Shown in pieces: positions 1 to 9,701 of a DNA stretch of 64,000 nt. The translations under genes and the position numbers were made by a program. Location of the stretch: IMG/VR virus record IMGVR_UViG_3300028394_000041, positions 102,606 through 166,605 of that record; one strand, given 5' to 3'. Each line of letters opens with the position of its first letter. Position 1 is the first letter of the stretch. Origin of the DNA: a virus. The notes below the pieces were generated by a model. The model saw nothing but the letters and a program-made list of their open reading frames with translations. It was not told the DNA's origin and did no database searches.

Positions 1-717
1 ACTCAACAATACTCCTGTACCATTTACTGTTGGGCGATTTGTTAAGGCTACATTTCCATTTGTTATACTTATATCTACTCCAGAAAGAGAAATTATATCA
101 ATATTATTAAAATCAACAGCATTAAAAATTCCAGTTCCAGAGACTTGAATATTATTAACGAAGGTTTTATTTCCACTTATATTTTGATTGCCAAATGTCA
201 GTACTGAAACTCCACTCAAATTATTTATTTTCGTATCAAGAGTCGAACCAGTAGAAGTTAAATTCGTAATAGAAGCGAACGTTGCATGTTCTCCAGTAAC
301 GTATCCACTTAAATTGTTGATTTTAGTATCGAGAGTAGAGCCAGTTGTTGCAAGCTGACTATCACTAGCGTAAGTAGTGTCTAAGTTACCAGTATATCCC
401 GTGAATAGTCCACTCAAGCTATTAATACTTGTAGCTAAAGTTGAACCAGTCGAAGCAAGATTAGTTGTTGTTGCATATGAACTTAAATCTAATCCTGTTA
501 TTAATTTATTTCCGCTAACAATTGGAAATACGTCAAAAGTTTTAATTCCAGATATATTTTGATTTCCAGTATTATAAACTAAATTAGAAGCAACTACTGG
601 AAAGTTACTATCTATATTAAGATTTCTTAAGAATATACCAGAAACATCATCTTTAAGATAAAATCTTTGACCAGATGATATGCCTGAGTTTGAGTAATGA
701 AATACTTGATTGCTCAT
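1..717 (-). CDS. Tail fibre-like protein, partial (runs off window start); paralog of 1751..3094
   Basis: ATG at 717 (MSNQVFHYSNSG...), open to the window edge; same LASTGSTL/TKINNLSG and GNQxIxGxKTF repeats as the neighbouring fibre gene. Confidence 0.7.
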   Translation of the reverse strand, partial: MSNQVFHYSNSGISSGQRFYLKDDVSGIFLRNLNIDSNFPVVASNLVYNTGNQNISGIKTFDVFPIVSGNKLITGLDLSSYATTTNLASTGSTLATSINSLSGLFTGYTGNLDTTYASDSQLATTGSTLDTKINNLSGYVTGEHATFASITNLTSTGSTLDTKINNLSGVSVLTFGNQNISGNKTFVNNIQVSGTGIFNAVDFNNIDIISLSGVDISITNGNVALTNRPTVNGTGVLLS

Positions 718-726
718 TTTAATATA

Positions 727-1749
727 TTAAAGGTTAAATGAACCAATTCCTCCAATGCAGTTTGTAAAAGTTCCAATTCCAGTTACAGCATCTCCGCCAA
801 ATGAATAATCTCCACCAGTGCAATTTGTAAAAATTCCACGCGCAACACCACTTGCGCCAAATGAATACTCTCCAGCAGTGCAATTTTTAAAAGTTCCACT
901 TGCAGTATTACTTCCAAATGAACCAATTCCAGCAGTACAATCTGTAAAGTTTCCACTTGCAATTCCGCCAAATGAATAGTTTCCACCAGTGCAATTCGTA
1001 AAAGTTCCACTTGCAGTTCCACCACTTCCGCCAAATGAATAATCTCCACCAGTGCAATTCGTAAAAGTTCCAGTTGCAGCTCCACCATCTCCGCCAAATG
1101 AACCAATTCCGCTAGTGCAACTTGTAAAGTTTCCACTTGCATCGCCAAATGAATAGTTTCCACCAGTGCAATTCGTAAAAGTTCCACTTGCAGTTCCATT
1201 ATAGCCAAATGATTTATTTCCGCCAGTGCAATTTATGAAAGTTCCACTATACTCTATTGCAGTCCTTGTGCTCCAAGTATAATTCGAATTAGAAGTAAAT
1301 AATACATTTTCTACATATGTTAAATTTAAATTAGTATTTGGAAAATAAGCTGCTGGACTAGTAGTAGATAAAGTGAGTGGTGAATAAGTTGTATTACTAT
1401 TTTTTATTGTTAGATTAAATAATTTAACATCATTTGCAGTTTGTTGAACTGTGCCTCTACTTATTTCTCCAACATTACTTGTGATATAATGTTTGCTTCT
1501 ATCTGAAGTAGAACCAACTATATCAATATATTGAGTATCAAGAATTAAACTTTGAGTTCCAAGATCATAAGTTGCTGCTGGTAAAATAACAGCTAATCTA
1601 TTAACAGTTGACAAAGATGCGCCATTAGGTAATGTTGTTTTTGCAAGAGAATAAGCTGCTAGAAGATTGTTGCCATTAGTTATAGCATTATCTGTTACTT
1701 TAACAGTAACATAATTGGCGCTATTTAACTTATTTAATAAATCAGCCAT
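727..1749 (-). CDS. Virion-associated beta-solenoid repeat protein
   Basis: About 9-10 tandem ASGxFTNCTGGxYSFG repeats in the C-terminal half; lies in the structural module. Confidence 0.65.
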   Translation of the reverse strand: MADLLNKLNSANYVTVKVTDNAITNGNNLLAAYSLAKTTLPNGASLSTVNRLAVILPAATYDLGTQSLILDTQYIDIVGSTSDRSKHYITSNVGEISRGTVQQTANDVKLFNLTIKNSNTTYSPLTLSTTSPAAYFPNTNLNLTYVENVLFTSNSNYTWSTRTAIEYSGTFINCTGGNKSFGYNGTASGTFTNCTGGNYSFGDASGNFTSCTSGIGSFGGDGGAATGTFTNCTGGDYSFGGSGGTASGTFTNCTGGNYSFGGIASGNFTDCTAGIGSFGSNTASGTFKNCTAGEYSFGASGVARGIFTNCTGGDYSFGGDAVTGIGTFTNCIGGIGSFNL

Positions 1750-1750
1750 T

Positions 1751-3094
1751 TTAACTTACTCCTATTCCTTCACCTACGGTTGTCCAACCTGTATAACCTA
1801 CATTATTTACACCGAGGAGCTGCAAGCTCTCATTCTTATAAAGGTTAATATTAGAGAATCCGTCTATAGTTCTTTGACCAGACCCTGTTATTAACAATAT
1901 TCCAGTATTTAAATTTTTAACATAATAATTTATACCAGAAGTTATGTCGCTAGGCAAAGTGCCTGTTATGTTAGTTGAACTATTAGCAATATTTATATAA
2001 GTATTACCAAAAATAAAATTACTATTAACATAATTATAAGATGATAATTTTTTATTTGTTATTTGAAGAGTATCAAAAGAACCTGTTTGAGTAAAAGTCT
2101 TAATTCCAGAGATAGTTTGATTGCCAAATGTTAAAACTGAACTGCCGCTAAGTGAATTTATCTTATTATCTAAAGTGCTGCCAGTTGATGCTAAATTAGC
2201 TGTTGTTGCATATGAGCTTAAGTTAACTCCCGTTAATACTGGATTACCAGAAATATAAATTTGACCAGAGATATTTACATTTCCATTTATTAAGTTTATA
2301 TTTGTCCCAGAGAAATTAAATTCACTAATATTACTTAAATCTAATGCATTAAAAATTCCTGTTCCTTGAACTTCAAGGTTATTTATGAATGTTTTATTTC
2401 CGCTTATGCTTTGATTTCCTGTAGTAAAAACAATATTACTAGATGGAGAATTTATATAGCCACTAAAATTGTTTATTTTAGTATCAAGCGTCGAACCAGT
2501 AGTAGCAAGCTGACTATCACTAGCGTAAGTAGTGTCTAAGTTACCAGTATATCCAGTGAACAAACCACTTAAGGTATTTATTTTTGTATCAAGAGTCGAT
2601 CCAGTCGAAAAAAGATTCGTAGTAAATGTTTCGTTCGTTCCAGTAAAATATCCGCTAACATTGTTAATTTTCGTATCAAGCGTCGAACCAGTATTAGCTA
2701 ATTGAATATCGCTAGCAAAAGTTGCATCTAAAGAACCAGTATATCCAGTAAATAAACCACTTAAACTATTGATATTAAAATTTAAAGTACTTCCAGTTAA
2801 AGCTAAATTAATTTTTGTTGCGTATGAGCTTAAATCTATTCCAGTTAGTACCGCATTTCCATTTACAAAAAGTCCACTAGTGAAATTGCCACTTCCATAA
2901 ACTGTAAATTGATTACCAGAAATAACCAAAAAGTCACCTTGCGCCGAGTCACCAAATGTTGTATTTTCTGCAAAAGTTTTAACACCAGATATAATTTGAT
3001 TTCCAGTATTGTAAATTAAATTTGGCGCAATTGTTTGGTGGGAAAATATTCCTGAGCGACCAAGAAGAGTCTTGCTCTTAAATGTTTGTGCCAT
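1751..3094 (-). CDS. Tail fibre-like protein
   Basis: Repeated TGSTLDTKINxLSG coiled segments and GNQxISGxKTF fibre motifs. Confidence 0.7.
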   Translation of the reverse strand: MAQTFKSKTLLGRSGIFSHQTIAPNLIYNTGNQIISGVKTFAENTTFGDSAQGDFLVISGNQFTVYGSGNFTSGLFVNGNAVLTGIDLSSYATKINLALTGSTLNFNINSLSGLFTGYTGSLDATFASDIQLANTGSTLDTKINNVSGYFTGTNETFTTNLFSTGSTLDTKINTLSGLFTGYTGNLDTTYASDSQLATTGSTLDTKINNFSGYINSPSSNIVFTTGNQSISGNKTFINNLEVQGTGIFNALDLSNISEFNFSGTNINLINGNVNISGQIYISGNPVLTGVNLSSYATTANLASTGSTLDNKINSLSGSSVLTFGNQTISGIKTFTQTGSFDTLQITNKKLSSYNYVNSNFIFGNTYINIANSSTNITGTLPSDITSGINYYVKNLNTGILLITGSGQRTIDGFSNINLYKNESLQLLGVNNVGYTGWTTVGEGIGVS

Positions 3095-3196
3095 ATTCTT
3101 TTCCTTCTATTAGCTTGCGCTAAATTGCTATCTTTCGATAGGCTAAAGAATAAAAGAAGATTTTTCTAGTATTCTAAAGAATATTACACTAATAAA

Positions 3197-3988
3197 TTAA
3201 TCTGCTACTGCAGGATTTTGTTGTAGACTTGCGAATGTATGGATTTTTGCACCAGCTTCAGCTAAATCATCTGAAAGTAATCCAGTATAGCCAGCTGCAC
3301 TAATATTTTTTATACTTAAATTATACATTACATCATTACCGACTTCAAGGGTTGCTTGAACTTTTGGAGCTGTACTGAATGATACGGGATAAAATACAGC
3401 ATAAGAATCTGTGCCTTGAGTTAATGAGGTTGTGAATACTTGTTGACTAGATCTTTTAACAAATTTTGCGTCTGCTGCACCGCTAAATGCTGTTGTGATA
3501 TTATATAAAGCATTACCAGTCGCATTTAAAGCGCCACTTAAACTTGTTGTATAGGAATAAAGAGTTGAGCCAGTTAGGGCTAAATCTAGTTGTGTTTGAT
3601 CAAGTTCGCCACTTAAACTAGAAATATAACTATATAAATTTGATCCAGTAGCGTTTAATTGACCACTTAAGCCATTAATTAAATTACTAACTGCGGTATT
3701 ATTTCCACTTATTGTAATTTCATTGGTAGCTGAATCAACTAAAATAGAAATTCCATTTCCGCCAGTTATCTTGACAGCATCTTGTAACCCGTTTAAGGTA
3801 CTTACATCTGCGTTTGCGGTAGTTATAAGATTATTTAAATAACCACTAATACCTGTTAATTCGTGATAATAGGCAATTCCAGTATTTCCAAGGCCAAGTC
3901 TAAGGACGCTTTGATTTAAATAGTTTGTGCCTTGTACTGGAGTTAAATTATAACCGCTGAGACGAATATGTTTGAATGCGCTTATCAT
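3197..3988 (-). CDS. Tail/fibre-associated structural protein
   Basis: 263-aa ORF with the same TGSxL...LSG repeats; structural context. Confidence 0.55.
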   Translation of the reverse strand: MISAFKHIRLSGYNLTPVQGTNYLNQSVLRLGLGNTGIAYYHELTGISGYLNNLITTANADVSTLNGLQDAVKITGGNGISILVDSATNEITISGNNTAVSNLINGLSGQLNATGSNLYSYISSLSGELDQTQLDLALTGSTLYSYTTSLSGALNATGNALYNITTAFSGAADAKFVKRSSQQVFTTSLTQGTDSYAVFYPVSFSTAPKVQATLEVGNDVMYNLSIKNISAAGYTGLLSDDLAEAGAKIHTFASLQQNPAVAD

Positions 3989-4024
3989 AAATTTATGTAT
4001 CCTTTCACAATATTACACTTAATT

Positions 4025-4573
4025 TTATTTTTTGACTTGAATATTTAGATAATATCCATTATTCAACAAGTTATCGCTAAAATTTATATAAAATCCAGTT
4101 GGATTAATCGATCCTAAATTAAAATAGTAAGCTATATCATCAACGGTATTTTGAAATGCACAAACTACTGATCTAGGCGAAGTCGATAGCACGTTTGGAT
4201 ATGTTATATAATAAGAGTCTGATCCTGCTGTTAGATTAGCTTTATAGCCAATTACATTTTCTCCTTCAAAATAACCACTTAATGGCGCAGCATTTATTTT
4301 AATTGATTTATAAGGATTTTGAGAGCTATCCGATAATATGCTAATACCTGTTTGAGCAATAAATCTTAAGGTTTCTATTCCGCTTGGAATTAAATCTATT
4401 TGCCCACTTACATTTATTATTTTAAAAAGATTATCGGCTCCAGCTGGGCCTTGTTGACCTTGTGGACCTTGTGGACCAGGAATATAAACGTTAGCTGTAT
4501 CTTCAAAAGATGGAGAAACAACCTCGGCTGCAGTTGCTTCTGGTAAGATTACATCTACGATAAAATCTGACAT
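4025..4573 (-). CDS. Structural protein with a short collagen-like stretch
   Basis: GPQGPQGQQGPAG Gly-X-Y repeat. Confidence 0.55.
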   Translation of the reverse strand: MSDFIVDVILPEATAAEVVSPSFEDTANVYIPGPQGPQGQQGPAGADNLFKIINVSGQIDLIPSGIETLRFIAQTGISILSDSSQNPYKSIKINAAPLSGYFEGENVIGYKANLTAGSDSYYITYPNVLSTSPRSVVCAFQNTVDDIAYYFNLGSINPTGFYINFSDNLLNNGYYLNIQVKK

Positions 4574-4577
4574 AAAA

Positions 4578-4952
4578 TTAAAAAGCGGTAACTTCTGGAC
4601 TTACAATGAATTTTCCTCTTATCAATTTAATTGAATTTCCTGTTGGTGTACTGTAAGGAAATCTTTCTATATCGTAAACAAAAACTCCAGCAGGAATACT
4701 TGAAGTATCATATGATGATACATTGATATTTACTAATCCAGATACATATGCTGATCCATTGTTTCCGCTATAAATTGTTGGTTTTAAATTTAATAAAATT
4801 CCAGAATTTCCTGTATATCCATAGCTATATTTTACAACCCCTCTAACGTCATAACCGCTAAGATTGATTCGGTTATTGCTTGTGTCTTTTACGGCTAGAG
4901 TTAATTGAAGATTATCGCCTTGGATTAAATTTATATTATATGAAGTGGCCAT
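4578..4952 (-). CDS. Baseplate/fibre adaptor (BppU N-terminal-like)
   Basis: NLIQGD...INLSGY...YDIE...LIRGKFIVSPEVT pattern typical of this family. Confidence 0.6.
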   Translation of the reverse strand: MATSYNINLIQGDNLQLTLAVKDTSNNRINLSGYDVRGVVKYSYGYTGNSGILLNLKPTIYSGNNGSAYVSGLVNINVSSYDTSSIPAGVFVYDIERFPYSTPTGNSIKLIRGKFIVSPEVTAF

Positions 4953-4982
4953 ATAATAAATTACACTATATTAAATGTGCAA

Positions 4983-7490
4983 TTATGGTTTAATTAATTT
5001 ACTGTATGATAAAGTGGATTCTAGCCCACTTCCTGGAGCAACATCAACAAATTTTTCTAGTCCATATGTAAATTGTTTAGGAGTGATTTGATTAAAGTCA
5101 CCAACTACGTGCCAGTAAAGATTAGAATTAGCTTCTCCAGAGACAACCATTAGTAATCCACTAGTTGAATATCCAGTCAATCCAATATTCCAATTAGAGG
5201 CTGTGCCAACGTTATAACCATTGATAAGGGATAGGTTGTTAATTTTAACACCGTTACCGCTGTTCTCCAAAGTAACATTATATTTTCTTGCTGCAAATTT
5301 TCCATTGGTATTGTACTTGTCACTAACCGCAAGTAGATTTAATGTTCCATTGAGTACGTTTCCACTTTTAATTATAGCCATGCCTTCTAAATCGCCATTA
5401 GAAATATTAATTTCTTTGCCATTTAAATAAATTGATTTTAGGTATGAGCCAGTTGTAACGCCTTTCCAAGACAATTGAGATCTTTGGACTAATGATTGAT
5501 TATAGAATGGTCCCGAAGCGAATACTAACTCCCCTAGATTTGAAGCACGTCCATTATTTCCAATTACAATACTATTCTTGGCAGTACTAGTATTGCTTTT
5601 ACCTAGAATGATTGAATCTTTTGCGTAACTAGCATTATTGTTTCCTACGCTAATATTATCATTTCCGAATATAGTTAAAAATCTTCCAATTGCAATTGCA
5701 CCCGTAGCATTAATATATGTATCATCACAAAATCCGAAATTATCATTTCCATCGAAATAATTGCGATTACCAATTACCGTATTCTTTTGTGCATAACCAA
5801 TCGAACTTCTTTCTGCAGAATTAAGTACTTTATTATTACTACCTAAAATTTTGCTATCAAATGCTGTATTTTCATTGGATTGACCAATCAAGATATTAGA
5901 ATCAGGTTTATTAAAACCTATCCCAGTAAAGAAATAATTATTATTAAATTGTCCTAAAACAATATTAGCTGATCCATATATAACATTTTGTGATCCTAAA
6001 ACAGCGTTGCCATTCACATATACGAAATTAGTATTTCCAAAAATTTGGTTTGAAGTACCACTTACAAGGTTAGAGTTGCCAACTATGCTAGAGTTTATAA
6101 GAGCACTTTTGTTAAAGCTTCCTAAAATAGTGCTAGTATTACCAATTTTTTCTATATTAGCGTTTCCAATACAAATAAATTTTGTAGCACTTGGGTTTGG
6201 ACTCCAATTTCTAGATAACGAAATTGTTCCGTCGGCATTTAAAAAAGCATCACCTGACTGCTGTAGTACATAATTTTTAATACCAAAAATTAAATTATTA
6301 TTTAATCCGCCAATGATTTGATTGTCTTGACCAATTACATGAGTGTCAGAGCCAGTAACATAATTACTAAATCCAAAAATAGAAACTTTTTTATCTGCTG
6401 GATTTAATGAAACTTCTTGATTTAAAATAAAGTTTGTTTTATTATTTACAGATTGTGTTTTAGCTATATTTCTATTACCGACTAATAAGGATTGATTTGC
6501 GCCTACATTTGAATTTCCTATTAGAATAGATTCTGTTAAATAGCGATAAGCTGTATTGTTTCCCCAAACTGGCGAGTAGCCAGTCAAATCATAGAAATTA
6601 ATATTACGATTTGAGGTGCCTATTGTAATATCTGTATATCTATTTGGGACTGTGTATAAATTACTGATATCCCAAGTTTGGGATAAATTTGGGTTACCAC
6701 TAACTCCAGATAGAACTATTCCGCGATATAGACCAGAATATGCAACTCTAGTATCTAATGTATCTTTTACGTTAACATAATCATATCCTGGATCTGTAGA
6801 AATATTTATTCTTGGGAAAATTCTTACTCCATTTGCAAACATTAAATTCATAGAATTTGAATCATCAAAATAATATTTATCTGTATTACCATCTGTTATT
6901 AATACTACTCCGCGTCTGCCACCTTCAATTTCTTTATTAGATGCATTAATAATATGATGATTGGTGCTGTTGCTATTTATTAAGACTCCAGATGAATTTG
7001 TAATCGCGCATCCAGTAGAATCCACTATCATTCCATCATAAGTATTTTCAATTGAGACTCCGTCACAATTTATAGTTTCACAAAATTGAGAGTTAAATAT
7101 TCCATTTCTAGTATCAACATATTCTCCAGAACCGTATGCTTTTTCTCTATGTATAAAATTTCTCCATCCGCCAACGATTGAAGAGTAATTTGTTCCACTG
7201 ATATAACTATCTTCTGCAAGAATTAAACCTCCTGTTGCATAACTATCTATAGATCCAGTAATAGGCGCATGATTTGGCACGGTGTATTCTATTACGCCAA
7301 CCTTAGTGTTTGACCAAATTAAATTTTTACCTTGTAAAAGAGATCTTCCGCCCAGACCAGAGACATATAAATTGTTTCTGTTCTGCTCGTCTGTAAGTAA
7401 AAACATGCCATAGTCTTGAGGCTCTATGACCCTTGGATTTTTTAAATCTGCGGTAACTAATTGAGTGTATATTTTTCCAGACAAATTCAT
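4983..7490 (-). CDS. Tail fibre/adhesin with trimeric-autotransporter-like (YadA head) repeats
   Basis: Many ~14-aa xIGxxN repeats (SIVIGNN, NILIGQSN, NTVIGNRN). Confidence 0.65.
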   Translation of the reverse strand: MNLSGKIYTQLVTADLKNPRVIEPQDYGMFLLTDEQNRNNLYVSGLGGRSLLQGKNLIWSNTKVGVIEYTVPNHAPITGSIDSYATGGLILAEDSYISGTNYSSIVGGWRNFIHREKAYGSGEYVDTRNGIFNSQFCETINCDGVSIENTYDGMIVDSTGCAITNSSGVLINSNSTNHHIINASNKEIEGGRRGVVLITDGNTDKYYFDDSNSMNLMFANGVRIFPRINISTDPGYDYVNVKDTLDTRVAYSGLYRGIVLSGVSGNPNLSQTWDISNLYTVPNRYTDITIGTSNRNINFYDLTGYSPVWGNNTAYRYLTESILIGNSNVGANQSLLVGNRNIAKTQSVNNKTNFILNQEVSLNPADKKVSIFGFSNYVTGSDTHVIGQDNQIIGGLNNNLIFGIKNYVLQQSGDAFLNADGTISLSRNWSPNPSATKFICIGNANIEKIGNTSTILGSFNKSALINSSIVGNSNLVSGTSNQIFGNTNFVYVNGNAVLGSQNVIYGSANIVLGQFNNNYFFTGIGFNKPDSNILIGQSNENTAFDSKILGSNNKVLNSAERSSIGYAQKNTVIGNRNYFDGNDNFGFCDDTYINATGAIAIGRFLTIFGNDNISVGNNNASYAKDSIILGKSNTSTAKNSIVIGNNGRASNLGELVFASGPFYNQSLVQRSQLSWKGVTTGSYLKSIYLNGKEINISNGDLEGMAIIKSGNVLNGTLNLLAVSDKYNTNGKFAARKYNVTLENSGNGVKINNLSLINGYNVGTASNWNIGLTGYSTSGLLMVVSGEANSNLYWHVVGDFNQITPKQFTYGLEKFVDVAPGSGLESTLSYSKLIKP

Positions 7491-7527
7491 GGTACAGTAT
7501 TAGTTACACCTAAAAACTATTTTTAAC

Positions 7528-7875
7528 TTATTTCCCTTCAGATAAAATATTTTTTACGTCTTTTGACATTTTAATTTCATTTTGAGCTTGGGCGGGAATC
7601 CTATACGCAGACATAAATTTCTTATATTCGCTTAATAATCTTTTTGTTAACAATTCTCTATTATCTACTGGAATTAATCCTAGCTTATTTGCATGAGCTT
7701 GTAAATCACTTTTATTTAGTTCAGATACATACTTTAAGTATTGCTCTTCTGTTTGTTGTTTATACCTAGAAGAACCATCATCGCCCCAAATTTGGTCTAA
7801 AGTTTTATGTTGAGTGTCTTCTATTTTTCCATGAGTCTGGTTTAGTTCGTTTAATTTTTTGCTTCTATTTTTCAT
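7528..7875 (-). CDS. Conserved hypothetical phage protein
   Basis: 115-aa ORF just downstream of the capsid gene. Confidence 0.6.
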   Translation of the reverse strand: MKNRSKKLNELNQTHGKIEDTQHKTLDQIWGDDGSSRYKQQTEEQYLKYVSELNKSDLQAHANKLGLIPVDNRELLTKRLLSEYKKFMSAYRIPAQAQNEIKMSKDVKNILSEGK

Positions 7876-7934
7876 TAATATTCTTAAATCTCCTTAGTAT
7901 ATTATATAATTTTAATTTATTAATGTCTAAAAAT

Positions 7935-7966
7935 AAAAAGACCCAACAGAATTAACTGTTGGGCCT
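7935..7966 (-). terminator. Rho-independent terminator after the major capsid gene
   Basis: GCCCAACAG-TTAATT-CTGTTGGGT stem followed by a T-run on the minus strand. Confidence 0.75.
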
Positions 7967-7988
7967 TTCTATTAGATTTATCTTTTAA

Positions 7989-9068
7989 TTAGACTATTAA
8001 TCCAACTATGGAACGTGCATCTACGCAAACACGACCTTCTTCTAGTGATCCGTAGAAGCCAGTCTTTTCAGAACGGGCTGCGAATTGATCATCTGGAAGA
8101 ACAGTGAATGTGCCACCACTTTCGGCTTGACGAGCTACTGGGCGGATGAATGCCTCTTTGCTCAAGTCTAGTCCGATTGCGATTTGCTTACTGCCTACTG
8201 CCCAGTTTGTGCTGAGACTTGAAGCGCCATAAGCATTGAATAGAACGCTATATTTTTGTCCAACGCCAAGTTCTACTAGTTCGTGTACTGACACTCCGTA
8301 GAACTCACTATTTCCACCACGATAAATTCCTTCACGAACTGAATCAGGAAGGTTTTCACCACTTAGAGGATTATAAGCGAGTGAACGCATATTACCTTTG
8401 ATCTCAGGGCTAACAAATAAATCTGTTAATCCGTAAGTATCGGTTGTTGCTCCACCAGCGTAAGAAGTATTAATTCTTTTAACTAGAGTCATTAGTCTGT
8501 TAAGATCATTTAGTACAAATGTTCCAGGGGTTCCAGCACTGATGATTTGACCACCAGCTACTCCAAGATTAGAACCAACTACTGCTGATCTTGCTTCAGC
8601 AAGAGCTTTTAGAATTACTGCCCAAGCGTTACGCTCTTGTTTTACAAGAACTTCGTTGGTCATACGTTCTACTGCTTTACTTACTACATCTAAACGTCCA
8701 CTGCGAGCATAGCGTTTTAAGAAACTTACTGCTGCATCTAAACGGTATGTAGAGATTTTAAGTTCATTAAAACCTTCTACTGTTGAAGAGGGGAGGCCTC
8801 CAGCTACATTTTGACTCCAAACTGTAACGTGATCTTGTGTTTGATCATGCCACAAATCTAGAGGAAGGCTAGGATTATCGTCTTCATCGTAAGGTGAATC
8901 GCTGTAGATTGTACTAGCGGTTCCAGCTTGCATTAGGACTTTACTTACTACGGGTCCAATGAAAGCGGCGAAAGCTTCAGAAGCTTCTTTGGCTACGGTA
9001 CCATCTCTGCTACCCATAGCTTTGATAAGCTCGATTTGCTCAGGTGTATTTTTTAATTTGATTTTCAT
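7989..9068 (-). CDS. Major capsid protein (HK97-like fold, putative)
   Basis: 359 aa; follows protease/scaffold and decoration genes; AAGGAG RBS and downstream terminator; C-terminal GFYGSLEEGRVCVD motif. Confidence 0.8.
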   Translation of the reverse strand: MKIKLKNTPEQIELIKAMGSRDGTVAKEASEAFAAFIGPVVSKVLMQAGTASTIYSDSPYDEDDNPSLPLDLWHDQTQDHVTVWSQNVAGGLPSSTVEGFNELKISTYRLDAAVSFLKRYARSGRLDVVSKAVERMTNEVLVKQERNAWAVILKALAEARSAVVGSNLGVAGGQIISAGTPGTFVLNDLNRLMTLVKRINTSYAGGATTDTYGLTDLFVSPEIKGNMRSLAYNPLSGENLPDSVREGIYRGGNSEFYGVSVHELVELGVGQKYSVLFNAYGASSLSTNWAVGSKQIAIGLDLSKEAFIRPVARQAESGGTFTVLPDDQFAARSEKTGFYGSLEEGRVCVDARSIVGLIV

Positions 9069-9092
9069 TTTTTTTATTAATCTCCTTATGGA

Positions 9093-9683
9093 TTAGAAGC
9101 TGAGAGTAACTACAGCTGTATTATTTACTGGTGCACCAAGTAGAGTTCCGACTCTTGTTTGATTTCCAGCGGTAGTACTTAGTTCACCAACTGTTGGACT
9201 GAGATAAACTCCGTCACCAGCGCTAGCTGAATTGCTAATTAGTGAACCACTATAAGTTACCATTCCTCTTGTGAGAACTGGAACTGATTGACCACTGACA
9301 ACTACGCCCTTTTCGGCGGCTTTGCGTGGATTAAATAGTAATTTTTCACCGTTTTCATCATATTCTTGAACGCCCATAAGGGTAATTCCAAGAGCTAGAC
9401 TGCCAGATGCGGCAGGGACTACTTTTGCTGTTAAAGCAAAACGGTCTGAAACGACGTTCATGTAGGTAGAACCAGCGCCGCCAGCTAGATCAACTGGAAC
9501 TGCGCCGAGAAAACCTGTGCCGCCAAGTCCTGCAACTACTGGTTGAAAACCGTTGCCAGCGACTTTAACTACTGTACCAGCAGAAGCAATAACGCCATTA
9601 GCGCTTTGATCAGCTTGGACAGCAAATAAATTGATTACATTGTGTTCATTGTAATCTCTGAATGGTTTGAGTGTATGTGCCAT
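9093..9683 (-). CDS. Capsid decoration/cement protein (putative)
   Basis: Small beta-rich Gly/Ala/Val protein between scaffold and capsid genes; AAGGAG RBS. Confidence 0.6.
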   Translation of the reverse strand: MAHTLKPFRDYNEHNVINLFAVQADQSANGVIASAGTVVKVAGNGFQPVVAGLGGTGFLGAVPVDLAGGAGSTYMNVVSDRFALTAKVVPAASGSLALGITLMGVQEYDENGEKLLFNPRKAAEKGVVVSGQSVPVLTRGMVTYSGSLISNSASAGDGVYLSPTVGELSTTAGNQTRVGTLLGAPVNNTAVVTLSF

Positions 9684-9701
9684 ATATATTTTTCTCCTTG
9701 T

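Noticed and set aside
783-1208. 141-aa alternative-frame repeat ORF
   Set aside because: Frame-shifted shadow of the tandem repeats in 727..1749
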